A stretch of DNA of 64,000 bases from Bacteroidales bacterium (GTDB lineage Bacteria > Bacteroidota > Bacteroidia > Bacteroidales > UBA10428): contig DATGXG010000026.1 of the NCBI GenBank assembly GCA_035299085.1, positions 10,568 through 74,567 of the forward strand. Reading direction: 5' to 3'. The notes beneath the pieces were generated by a model. The model was not told the origin of the DNA. It did no database searches and saw only the letters and a list, made by a program, of their open reading frames with translations. Of this stretch, positions 35,901-44,237 are shown one piece after another. Both the position numbers and the translations under genes were made by a program. Each line of letters opens with the position of its first letter. The stretch's first letter is position 1.

Positions 35901-37464
35901 AGTCCGGCACTGAATCTGTAATATCAACCCTTCCGAGGAATTCAAGATCGACATTCGGATCATGTACATTTACCGATCCGTTGAATGTACGGTTATTCAG
36001 GTCGCCCGACAGCGAAATATTGCTATATTCATATTTCATGAATTCAAACAAACCGATGTTGCCTTTAAGGGAAGCATGAACCGACTTGCCGGCAACCGAA
36101 GCGCCATCCACTGTTGCAGTCAGACTGATCTTACCCATTTTGTCCGAAGCATTCGCAAGTTCACCGATATTAAAATCCTGCGCGTTCAGCTTTCCCTGGA
36201 ATCCTAGTGTATTGGACGTGTCGGGCCGAAAAAGAAGGTCGGTACGAACAACCCCAAGAGCAGTATTGAATTTGCCATAGGCCACAAAGTCATTAATAAA
36301 GCCGGTGAAATTGCCATTGTAGGTTATTCTGCCCAGTTTATTCAATATTTCGGGAATACGTATGTTTTTCTGCCTGAAGAACTGGAGATTCTTCAGATCG
36401 GATTCCGATGTAATGAATTCATTGATATCAGCTACAATAAAAGTTTGTTTTATCTGCGGAAGTCCTTCAAAGCTCAGGTCACCTGCAAAGTGTGAATAAT
36501 TGCCAAAGCCCACGTATAGGTCCTTTCCCCTTAGATTATTAAGAGTTCCTGAAACACGGCCTGAAAATGTAACCTGCTGTTTAATATTCCTGAATGAGGG
36601 GGAAACATACGACAGGTCACTAAGGTTGAATACAGATCTATCAAGCCTTATGCGCAATTTCACAGATCCTGGAAATGAATCACCTTTCATCTGGCTGTAA
36701 CTGGCGAACCGGAGGGAAACCTCATCTCCTTTAATCTCGGATTCAGTTGTCCTGATTTCAAGATTCCTGAAGGAAAGAAATGTTTTGCTCTCACTGAAAA
36801 GACAACTCATGTTTTCCACAGTGAGCCCGCTTTTTTCTTTAAAGCTAAGCGATTTCACAAAAAATGAAAGAGAATCGGATGAAGGGCTAAAACGTCTTAC
36901 ATCAGCGTTCAGGCCTGTAGCCTGCATATCGCTGTAATTGATCCCGAAATCCTTTGGAACATAATTGGCATTTTTGAGACTGAATGTGCTGTTCCGGGTC
37001 CTCAGGTTATTCAGTTCAACAGTCCAGCCGCCCTTTGATTTTGTCCCGTTTCCCTTTAACTTGTCAAGAAAATATTTAATATTCAAATCACCGGCCGAGT
37101 CAATGGCCAGGTAAAATTTCCCCCTGTCCACATTGATGCTTCCTATTGAAAAGGTCTTTGCCACGGGATTAATGGAACGGATGCCTGCTGTGACTGAACG
37201 GGCATAAATGAGTGTATCACCTGTAATATCTTCAAGGTACACATCATTGATTCTTATTCTGTAAAAAAAAGCAATATCTATTTTCCCGATTGAGCAGCGG
37301 GTATTGAATTTTGCGGATACCTTATTCATTATGAAGGCGGCAATATCATTCTGTATCCGGTTACTTTGCAGTAGAAGGAAAGCGGATGCAGGCAGGGCAA
37401 AAACAATCAACAGCAGGATGGCTGTTATTTTTGCCAACTTTTTAATAATTTTGCGGCTTGCCAT
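32956..37464 (-). CDS. tamB: TamB/AsmA-like translocation and assembly module protein (DUF490 C-terminus)
   Basis: 1502 aa. N-terminal membrane anchor (ITAILLLIVFALPASAFLLL) and long repetitive beta-rich sequence. Sits divergent from tsaD, as is common in Bacteroidota. Family call is by architecture and context. Confidence 0.7.
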   Translation of the reverse strand: MASRKIIKKLAKITAILLLIVFALPASAFLLLQSNRIQNDIAAFIMNKVSAKFNTRCSIGKIDIAFFYRIRINDVYLEDITGDTLIYARSVTAGIRSINPVAKTFSIGSINVDRGKFYLAIDSAGDLNIKYFLDKLKGNGTKSKGGWTVELNNLRTRNSTFSLKNANYVPKDFGINYSDMQATGLNADVRRFSPSSDSLSFFVKSLSFKEKSGLTVENMSCLFSESKTFLSFRNLEIRTTESEIKGDEVSLRFASYSQMKGDSFPGSVKLRIRLDRSVFNLSDLSYVSPSFRNIKQQVTFSGRVSGTLNNLRGKDLYVGFGNYSHFAGDLSFEGLPQIKQTFIVADINEFITSESDLKNLQFFRQKNIRIPEILNKLGRITYNGNFTGFINDFVAYGKFNTALGVVRTDLLFRPDTSNTLGFQGKLNAQDFNIGELANASDKMGKISLTATVDGASVAGKSVHASLKGNIGLFEFMKYEYSNISLSGDLNNRTFNGSVNVHDPNVDLEFLGRVDITDSVPDFDFRANITDANLYELNITPKDPDFKVSCYLIANAHGQSINTMNGEIKLLNSLFVKKDKQLQVYDLTLSSKSGSSGNFLQLKSDFLDAELSGNYELTGMAETVKHFIFDYFPSLADSAAIPKFSSYDLAFTSKIKNIRPLFDFFLPDYGVAENSLMSMRYNGTGHDLNMHFEAAYVKAKNIIWDNLNINASGSPESLHFEAGSEIMSLGKRLRFENFTAIANSAHDTSGIQLKWNNWKDVTSKGMISAMTKFNRASLMSKPGIEVSFKKSEFIARDTVWNIQPGMVRIDSSAIRFDNIAINHLNEFFKIDGNITENPEDVVTVVFNHFDLGNLNSLSASSGYNLDGVLNGNAKLSGIYSTPFFTSMLHIDSLVVNNEMLGATQINSSWNNRKKAIELDISAMRDNLKTVNITGEYLPTDEGRIDFDIRLEKLRMNILNPYLNSVFSDIRGMASGKATLKGTLKKPVLNGEIALQKSAFTINYLKTRYSFSDKILIENNNMYFNEIRVFDPKGNSAYLSGVMRSRYLKDLSVDLNIRSENFLCLNTTLADNKTFYGTAYATGTVKMQGPLRSMTMDIVATSGKNTNVKIPLSNTGELNEYPFIEVSDVNDGNEPEEVKTYQADFSGLNMRFKLIMTPDAEVQMIIDPVLGEIIKGRGNGNLDIRMSSRGGFTMSGDYVIEEGDYLFTLQKVINKKLTIEPGGTIHWDGDPLDATINLIANYSTRSSLADLLGGEDDQKLKVDDRVTLTGKLMSPDINYDVYLPDADESTRLRVNGAMATTEEKTKQFISLLITNRFSLNQEYGRQYSGATSVSNSSSSIYSSAAGVNFSELLSNQLSNWLSQIVNDLDVNVNYRSNREMNSDEYQVALSYPLFNNKLIINGSVDMSTNAAASTTNQIVGEFDIDYKLTDNGKLRLKTFNHSNNESVVEQGLTQNSTYTQGLGITYKEDFNTLGELLRRLFGKKEESPEPVDTDNEKPVVNNLP

Positions 37465-37515
37465 AGTTTACACAACGTCAAAATTGCGAAAAAAGTTTTT
37501 AATTTAAAGGCAATA

Positions 37516-38538
37516 ATGAAATTAACCATCCTCGGTATCGAATCGTCCTGTGATGATACATCTGCTGCCATAATTGAAGACGGTCTGCTGCTTTCAAATA
37601 AAATTGCCAACCAGCAGGTACACAAAGAGTATGGCGGTGTAGTGCCCGAGCTTGCTTCGCGTGCTCACCAGCAGAATATAATACCGGTTGTTGACGCTGC
37701 TTTGAAGGAGGCAGATTGTACTGTTGCGGATATAGATGCCATTGCCTATACAAGGGGGCCCGGATTAATGGGTTCACTTCTGGTAGGTTCTTCATTTGCA
37801 AAAGGACTATCATTATCGCTCAGGGTTCCTCTTATTGACGTAAACCATCTTCTCGCTCATATTCTTTCTGTTTTCATACTGAAAAGTGAAAATGAAAAAC
37901 CGGTTCCCCGTTTTCCGTTCCTTTGCCTTGTAGTATCGGGCGGCCACACCTTGCTTGTGGTGATGAAGGATTACCTGGATATGCATATCATAGGACAGAC
38001 AATTGATGATGCTGCAGGTGAAGCGTTTGACAAGTGTGCCAAGGTGATGGGCTTTCCTTACCCGGGTGGCCCGTTAATCGACAAGTACGCGAAAGAAGGG
38101 AATGCAAACGCATTTGAATTTTCCAAAGCATCTGTAAAAGGCTTGGATTTCAGTTTCAGCGGGCTTAAAACATCATTCCTGTATTTCCTTCGCGACAGGA
38201 TGGCAGAGGACAGGGAATTTATGGCGAATAATACGAATGACTTGTGCGCTTCAATTCAAAAGGCCATTATCGATTCGCTCACACGCAAACTCGTTAAAGC
38301 GGCAGGAGAAACAGGGATTCATGATATTGCCGTTGTGGGCGGGGTTTCGGCTAATTCAGGACTCCGACAGGCAGTGTATGAACTGGGTGCCAAACGGAAG
38401 TGGAATGTGTTTATACCTCCGCTGCAGTATGCAACTGACAATGCAGCCATGATTGCAATCACAGGGTATTATAAAGCAAGACAGTTTCAGTACTCATCTC
38501 ATAATCTAACCCCGGTCGCCCGTTTTGATCAGTTTTGA
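37516..38538 (+). CDS. tsaD: tRNA N6-adenosine threonylcarbamoyltransferase
   Basis: 340 aa. ILGIESSCDDTSAAII, HxxxH metal site (NHLLAHIL) and VVSGGHT. Confidence 0.93.
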   Translation: MKLTILGIESSCDDTSAAIIEDGLLLSNKIANQQVHKEYGGVVPELASRAHQQNIIPVVDAALKEADCTVADIDAIAYTRGPGLMGSLLVGSSFAKGLSLSLRVPLIDVNHLLAHILSVFILKSENEKPVPRFPFLCLVVSGGHTLLVVMKDYLDMHIIGQTIDDAAGEAFDKCAKVMGFPYPGGPLIDKYAKEGNANAFEFSKASVKGLDFSFSGLKTSFLYFLRDRMAEDREFMANNTNDLCASIQKAIIDSLTRKLVKAAGETGIHDIAVVGGVSANSGLRQAVYELGAKRKWNVFIPPLQYATDNAAMIAITGYYKARQFQYSSHNLTPVARFDQF

Positions 38539-38829
38539 GCTAAAATAACTGTTCGTCAAAATAAATGTACCGTTGGTCAATTTTATAACCGCCTTTATAA
38601 TAATTAGTGAAACCGTAAACCAGCCATTTTTCCCGTTTATATCGGTTTCGGTCAACTGGCTTGGAACAAGGGATGCAGACATGATAAAACATTGAAAAAA
38701 GCCTCTGCGCTGTAGTACGGAATTTTATTATAAATTTGTTACAGCCGATCTTTTTTTTGGATTTATTCAGAAACATTTTGATTTTGTGGGCGTATAGGCT
38801 ACACACACGATTTATCATACAGCGATTTT

Positions 38830-39204
38830 ATGGATAACCTGCTGATCGAAAGTACCAAAAAAACACCTGATGTTGCCTTCAACAAAGATGGCAGAATGAG
38901 GATCAGCGGTCGTTCCATTCCTGAAGATGCTTCCAAGTTTTATGATGATCTTTTTGAGTGGGTTTATTATTATTGTCAAAATCCGCCTGAATCCACAACT
39001 ATTGATATTGAACTTGAGTATTTCAACAGTGGATCTTCAAAAGCATTGCTTCATATTTTAAGGGCCCTCAAGGATATTGTAAGAAAAGGCAATAAGCTTA
39101 CAATTAACTGGTATTACGAAGAGGGAGATGATGACATCATGGAAAGAGGGGAATACTACGAATCCATCCTCGAAATCAAATTCAATTTTATTCAGACGGA
39201 TTAA
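38830..39204 (+). CDS. DUF1987 / SiaC-family protein
   Basis: 124 aa. LLIESTKKTPDVAFNKDGRMRISGRSIPEDASKFYDDLFEWV...IELEYFNSGSSKALLHIL...INWYYEEGDDD matches my memory of the DUF1987 pattern (TP-V-F ... G-S-PE ... LEYFNS-S-K). Confidence 0.7.
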   Translation: MDNLLIESTKKTPDVAFNKDGRMRISGRSIPEDASKFYDDLFEWVYYYCQNPPESTTIDIELEYFNSGSSKALLHILRALKDIVRKGNKLTINWYYEEGDDDIMERGEYYESILEIKFNFIQTD

Positions 39205-39208
39205 AGAA

Positions 39209-39331
39209 GTGACTAGTGACTGGTGACTGGTGACTGGTGACTGGTGAAGGCCGGGGCTATAGGTATCCGGTATCCAGTATTCAGTATCCAGTATCCAGTA
39301 TCCGGCATCCGGCATCCGGTATCTTTTTTTT
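39209..39331. repeat. Composite tandem-repeat element D: about 5.5 x GTGACTG, spacer AGGCCGGGGCTATAG, about 8.7 x GTATCCR, then T8
   Basis: Seen directly. Heptamer array 1 at 39209..39247, spacer 39248..39262, heptamer array 2 at 39263..39323, T-run 39324..39331. ACTGG in array 1 is complementary to CCAGT in array 2. This gives 5-bp helices separated by 2x2 mismatches. Confidence 0.85.
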
Positions 39332-39362
39332 GCACTACCTTTACATTTAAACACCAATCGTT

Positions 39363-40463
39363 ATGAATAATAAGGTAATAGGCATGAAGTTGTCGTTCCT
39401 GCTCCTGGCAATAATTCTTTTATTGTATGCCCTCATTATGGCTAAGGAGTTTCTTTATCCTCTTACCTTCGGAATCCTGATATCTTACCTGCTTTACCCT
39501 ATTGTTAATTACCTTGAGAAAAGAGGTTTTCCCCGTATTTTCTCAATTCTTGTACCTATTATTCTCGCTGTAGCCATCGTGGCTATCATTGCCATAGCGG
39601 TTGTTAAAAGAATGAACCTGTTTCTGGACGACCTGCCACAATTTAAGGAGAAAACCATTGAACACCTAACAATCATCCAACAATACGTGGAAAACAATTT
39701 CGGGGTGTCGGCAAGCCGACTTAAAAATTTTATAGTGAACAGTATTTTCGACCTCGGCAAGCAATCGGGAAAACTATTTTCAGCTACAACCGGAACACTT
39801 TTCGCCCTTTTCATGCAGCCTGTTTATGTTTTTTTGTTCCTTTATTACCGTACAAAGTTTGCTTACTTCATTCTTCAGCTGACTGGCAGGGAATACAGGC
39901 TTATAACCATTAATATCTTAAGAGAAATCGCAACAGTGGTAACACGCTATATGCTGGGTGTAACCACAGTGGTGTTTATCCTGTGCTTCTTTAATTCATT
40001 AGGACTGCTGATTATCGGGTTGAAATATGCGCTCCTGATCGGGGTTATCCAGGCCCTATTCAGTTTTATTCCGTATTTCGGTAATGTGATCGGAGGAGCC
40101 ATGACATTGCTGTTCGCGTTGCTTACCCAGGATTCCGAGGTCATTGCCATCCGCATCCTTGCTTTTGTTTTCATCGTGCACTTTTTTGAAAATAATCTAC
40201 TTTCTCCCTATATAGTCGGGAATAATATCAGGCTTAATCCTTTTGTTATAATTATCGGACTTATAGCAGGTGCTATGATCTGGGGAGTTCCGGGCATGCT
40301 GGTTACAATCCCTTTTCTTGCCATGCTGAAGATAATTCTCAAAAGAATACCCCGTCTGGAACCCTATGCATACCTGCTGGGAACCCGTGGTACGAAGCGG
40401 CATGCTCTGACGAGGCAGAATTTGATGAGGTTCCTGGGGAAATGGAAGAAAAAGTCCGTTTGA
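39363..40463 (+). CDS. AI-2E family transporter (PerM/UPF0118)
   Basis: 366 aa, about 8 TM helices. Characteristic C-terminal region IPYFGNVIGG...LSPYIVGNNIRLNPFVIIIGLIAGAMIWGVPGMLVTIP. Confidence 0.85.
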   Translation: MNNKVIGMKLSFLLLAIILLLYALIMAKEFLYPLTFGILISYLLYPIVNYLEKRGFPRIFSILVPIILAVAIVAIIAIAVVKRMNLFLDDLPQFKEKTIEHLTIIQQYVENNFGVSASRLKNFIVNSIFDLGKQSGKLFSATTGTLFALFMQPVYVFLFLYYRTKFAYFILQLTGREYRLITINILREIATVVTRYMLGVTTVVFILCFFNSLGLLIIGLKYALLIGVIQALFSFIPYFGNVIGGAMTLLFALLTQDSEVIAIRILAFVFIVHFFENNLLSPYIVGNNIRLNPFVIIIGLIAGAMIWGVPGMLVTIPFLAMLKIILKRIPRLEPYAYLLGTRGTKRHALTRQNLMRFLGKWKKKSV

Positions 40464-40470
40464 TCAGGCT

Positions 40471-40658
40471 AAATGGTTCCAAATAGTTCCAAATAGTTCC
40501 AAATGGTTCCAAAGTGGTTTAAACGTGGTTCCAAATGGTTCCAAATGGCTCCAAAGTGGTTTAAACGTGGTTCCAAATGGTTCCAACAAGGTAACCTTGA
40601 AACAACCTTGAAACAACCTTGAAACAACCTTGAAACAACTTTGAAACAACTTTGAAAC
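40471..40658. repeat. Composite tandem-repeat element E: decamer array AAATGGTTCC (with a 42-nt higher-order duplication) followed by 6 x AAC(C/T)TTGAAAC
   Basis: Seen directly. Decamer-based array 40471..40584, containing two 42-nt super-units at 40501..40542 and 40543..40584. 11-mer array 40593..40658. Together they fill the whole convergent gap between the AI-2E gene and the cyclase gene. Confidence 0.85.
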
Positions 40659-40664
40659 AAATTT

Positions 40665-42062
40665 TTATTCTTCCACTATCAGATTCCTGATGCGTTCAAT
40701 CTGAAGTTGTTTATTAACCTCACGCAGATTACGGGCTGTTTCAGTAAAGTACTGGTGCCCGCTGATAAACTTTACCTGCATGCTGTTCCAGTCCTTAAGT
40801 GATTTTATTTTTGATCGTTCTTTCAGTTCCATGAAAAGCAGGTTTGAAACGGGGATCATATCACTTCTTCCAAGGTAATCGAGGTCTGCATCACACATAA
40901 TTTTCTCAAGCTTATTGGCTGGTCGGGGAGGCAGTTTGGTAGCCATGATCAGTTCACAGATTAAATCAATCTGTGCCGTAGTATAATAATATTCAGTGAG
41001 CATTTCCCGTGCCACAAGGCAGCTGAAGTATTCATGATTATCATACGATATGGTATGCCCGGCGTCGTGGAACAAAGCAGCGGTTTTCAGTAACAGCAGC
41101 TCTTCATCAGTCACACCTTCCCCGATTCCGATGAGTTCCACCTGGGTAACCACATCCACTGTATGTTTTATATTATGATAAAACAGACTGGGCGGCAATT
41201 CTTTTTCGAGCTTATCGAGTAAATATTCCTGTAAATCAGTGAACTGTATCAACCCAAAACGCAGGCTGAATTTTTTGTTTGGAATAATCCCCTTGCCCTG
41301 TAAAGAATAATCTGTCTTAATGCTTTTTACCGAATAGAGGGTGATTTCACCTTCATATTTAACCGGCATTTTTTTATAATACTCACAATTGAACAGGTCT
41401 TTTACAAGTTCGTATGTAGTAGCTGATATGAGTATTTGTCCTTCTTCACAAAATTGCCTGATGCGGGCGGCATGGTTAACTGTTTCGCCTTTAACCTCAT
41501 AATGAGGTCGTTTTTTACCGCTTACATCGGCAATTACTGTTCCTGTATGTATTCCGATCCGGAGTTTCCAGATATTGCTGAACGCATTGGTGCGTTGCAG
41601 ATCCCTGAAAAAGTATTGCATTTCAATAGCCGCCAGCAATACTTCTATCGGATTGGTTATATTTTTCTGCGGAATACCTCCTACAAGCATGAGAGAATCG
41701 CCGATTGTACGGATGCTGCGAACCGGGAACTTGGTTACTACCTGCTGAAGCTTGATAAAAATTTCATCAAGTGAATCCACATAAAGTTTTGGATCCTGTT
41801 GGGATGTAATTTGTTCAAAACCGATCACGTCAGCATATAAGACAGTTGCAGTCTTAAACCGCATTACATGCGATTTCTTTTCTGTGCCCGGCTTTGTTGA
41901 AATTTCATTTTTACCCAGTTTATTGAGGAGGACTTTATATTTTTCTATTTCCTGCGAAAGGAATTCATTTTGCCGGTTCAGTTTTTCATTCTCGGAAGTA
42001 AGGGATTTATTCTGAGAAATAATTTCTGCAATGTGCTTTAATATACCTGTTTTTCTGGGCAT
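40665..42062 (-). CDS. Coiled-coil + class III adenylate/guanylate cyclase + HD-domain fusion protein
   Basis: 465 aa from the ATG at 42062. N-terminal heptad-rich segment (SENEKLNRQNEFLSQEIEKYKVLLNKL). Cyclase motifs VLYADVIGFEQIT, IRTIGDSLMLVGG, RIGIHTGTVIADVSG and KGETVNHAARI. C-terminal HD motifs YHNIKHTVDV and AALFHDAGH. Confidence 0.8.
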   Translation of the reverse strand: MPRKTGILKHIAEIISQNKSLTSENEKLNRQNEFLSQEIEKYKVLLNKLGKNEISTKPGTEKKSHVMRFKTATVLYADVIGFEQITSQQDPKLYVDSLDEIFIKLQQVVTKFPVRSIRTIGDSLMLVGGIPQKNITNPIEVLLAAIEMQYFFRDLQRTNAFSNIWKLRIGIHTGTVIADVSGKKRPHYEVKGETVNHAARIRQFCEEGQILISATTYELVKDLFNCEYYKKMPVKYEGEITLYSVKSIKTDYSLQGKGIIPNKKFSLRFGLIQFTDLQEYLLDKLEKELPPSLFYHNIKHTVDVVTQVELIGIGEGVTDEELLLLKTAALFHDAGHTISYDNHEYFSCLVAREMLTEYYYTTAQIDLICELIMATKLPPRPANKLEKIMCDADLDYLGRSDMIPVSNLLFMELKERSKIKSLKDWNSMQVKFISGHQYFTETARNLREVNKQLQIERIRNLIVEE

Positions 42063-42124
42063 CAAATATCTACGTGACTAAAAATTACTATTCTTTTACG
42101 TTCACTATACCGGAAAAGGTTTAT

Positions 42125-42132
42125 TAATTTTG
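42125..42132 (+). promoter_or_regulatory. Candidate -7 box TAATTTTG upstream of uvrB
   Basis: Exact TAnnTTTG match 40 nt before the ATG at 42172. It overlaps the TTG used as the start by the ORF track, so the shorter start is favoured. Confidence 0.3.
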
Positions 42133-42171
42133 ACATTTGTCACTAAAAGATTGATAACCGGACTTAAAATC

Positions 42172-44181
42172 ATGGATTTCACTTTAAACTCACAATACTA
42201 TCCAACAGGGGATCAGCCCCGGGCTATTGAGCAGCTTACTTCAGGCATAAAGAGGGATCTGAAATACCAGACACTTCTTGGAGTCACAGGATCAGGCAAG
42301 ACTTTCACCATGGCAAACGTCGTAACCAAACTTAAACGGCCAACCCTTGTACTAAGTCATAACAAAACCCTTGCGGCACAGCTTTTTGGTGAGTTCAAGC
42401 AGTTCTTTCCGAATAATGCTGTTGAATATTTTGTTTCCTATTACGATTATTATCAGCCTGAGGCCTACCTGCCTGTAACGGATACCTATATTGAAAAGGA
42501 CCTTTCAATTAATGATGAAATAGAAAAACTCCGACTGAGCACCACGTCATCCCTTTTATCAGGCAGGCGGGATGTGATTGTGGTGTCATCCGTATCATGC
42601 CTTTATGGTATTGGCAATCCTGAGGATTTCCACAGCAATACAATCCAGATCAGCAGGGGAGATTCAGTGGGGCGGAATTCATTTTTACGACAGCTTGTCG
42701 ACAGCCTTTACTCACGCAATGAAAACGAGTTTAAAAGAGGAAATTTCAGGGTGGCCGGCGATACGGTTGATGTATTCCTGGCTTACAGTGATTACGCATA
42801 CCGGATTATGTTCTTCGGTGATGAAATAGAAGAGCTGAAAATGTTTGATCCTGAAACGGGCATAACGCTTGAAGAAATGGAGCATGCCTCCATTTATCCT
42901 GCCAACATTTTTGTAACAACAAAAAGCAGGATGTTACAGGCTCTCGAATTGATCCAGGTTGACCTGGGCAAACAGATTGCTTTTTTCAAGGATATAGGAA
43001 AACATCTTGAGGCGAAAAGGCTGAAAGACCGTGTAACGTATGATCTTGAAATGCTCCAGGAGCTCGGGTATTGCCCGGGTATTGAAAACTATTCAAGATA
43101 TTTTGACGGCAGGCCTCCCGGACAACGGCCATTTTGCCTGCTCGACTATTTTCCTGAAGATTTTCTTACCATTATAGATGAAAGTCATGTGACTATTCCC
43201 CAGATCAGGGCGATGTACGGTGGCGACCATTCAAGGAAGCAGACACTGGTTGAATATGGATTCAGGATGCCCTCGGCCATTGATAACCGGCCTCTTAAAT
43301 TCGAGGAGTTTGAGAACCTGGTAGGGCAGATGGTATTTGTTAGCGCCACACCTGCCGATTATGAACTAGAGAAGTGTGAGGGAGTAATTGTCGAACAGCT
43401 TATCAGGCCCACCGGTCTGCTGGATCCTGTAATTGAAGTGAAACCATCGCTTAACCAGATCGATGATCTCCTGAAAGAAATCAGGGTGTGCATTTCAAAC
43501 AACGAGAGGGTACTTGTGACCACCCTGACCAAAAGGATGGCCGAGGAACTCACCAATTATCTCGTTCGCCTGGATATCAAATGCCGGTATATTCATTCGG
43601 ATGTGGAAACGCTGGAGCGCATCGAGATCATGGAAGGGTTACGAAACGGAACCTTTGATGTGCTCGTGGGGGTGAACCTGTTACGTGAAGGACTTGATCT
43701 TCCTGAGGTTTCGCTTGTTGCGATACTTGATGCCGACAAGGAAGGATTCCTGCGTTCGGAAAGGTCACTAACCCAAACGGCAGGTCGTGCCGCTCGTAAC
43801 CTGAGCGGGCGGGTGATCATGTATGCGACAAACATGACCGAATCAATGAAAAAAACTATTGATGAAACTAACAGGAGACGGGAAATTCAGCTCGCATATA
43901 ACGAAGCCAACGGGATTACGCCGAGGCAGATCGTCAAGGCCGCTTCAAACATACTCAATGACATTCGTCGCAAAACCGGCGACCGCCAGGTATATGTTGA
44001 GCCGGAAAAGGTAGATGTCGCCGCTGACCCGGTGGTTCAGTATATGACAAAGGATGCGCTGCAAAAAGCAATGGACAAGGCAAAAAAATCGATGGAAAAA
44101 GCTGCATCCGAACTGAATTTTATAGAAGCAGCACGATTCAGGGATGAAATGCTGGCTTATAAAGATTTATTATCCAAATGA
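42172..44181 (+). CDS. uvrB: Excinuclease ABC subunit B
   Basis: Starts MDFTLNSQYYPTGDQPRAIEQL. Walker A GVTGSGKTFTMANV, DESH box, helicase C motifs and a C-terminal UVR domain (FIEAARFRDEM). Confidence 0.95.
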   Translation: MDFTLNSQYYPTGDQPRAIEQLTSGIKRDLKYQTLLGVTGSGKTFTMANVVTKLKRPTLVLSHNKTLAAQLFGEFKQFFPNNAVEYFVSYYDYYQPEAYLPVTDTYIEKDLSINDEIEKLRLSTTSSLLSGRRDVIVVSSVSCLYGIGNPEDFHSNTIQISRGDSVGRNSFLRQLVDSLYSRNENEFKRGNFRVAGDTVDVFLAYSDYAYRIMFFGDEIEELKMFDPETGITLEEMEHASIYPANIFVTTKSRMLQALELIQVDLGKQIAFFKDIGKHLEAKRLKDRVTYDLEMLQELGYCPGIENYSRYFDGRPPGQRPFCLLDYFPEDFLTIIDESHVTIPQIRAMYGGDHSRKQTLVEYGFRMPSAIDNRPLKFEEFENLVGQMVFVSATPADYELEKCEGVIVEQLIRPTGLLDPVIEVKPSLNQIDDLLKEIRVCISNNERVLVTTLTKRMAEELTNYLVRLDIKCRYIHSDVETLERIEIMEGLRNGTFDVLVGVNLLREGLDLPEVSLVAILDADKEGFLRSERSLTQTAGRAARNLSGRVIMYATNMTESMKKTIDETNRRREIQLAYNEANGITPRQIVKAASNILNDIRRKTGDRQVYVEPEKVDVAADPVVQYMTKDALQKAMDKAKKSMEKAASELNFIEAARFRDEMLAYKDLLSK

Positions 44182-44237
44182 CTTACGAAGTCATTTAATT
44201 TCATTTTTTTTCATTTATTTTGCGCAAAATTATTTTT

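Noticed and set aside
38540-38818. 92-aa minus-strand ORF between tsaD and the DUF1987 gene
   Set aside because: It is Lys- and aromatic-rich with no motif, no obvious start context, and it occupies what is most simply the promoter region of the DUF1987 gene. I kept it as intergenic, although a real small protein cannot be excluded.
39209-40658. Possible CRISPR arrays, because of many short direct repeats
   Set aside because: The repeat units are 7-11 nt and directly abutting, with no unique spacers of 25-40 nt. There are no cas genes in the window. These are tandem repeats, not CRISPR.
40464-40660. Two overlapping minus-strand ORFs of 61 and 63 aa (MFQSCFKVVSRLFQGCFKV...)
   Set aside because: They lie entirely within tandem-repeat element E. 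Their repetitive peptide sequence simply mirrors the DNA repeats, and they fill a convergent intergenic gap.
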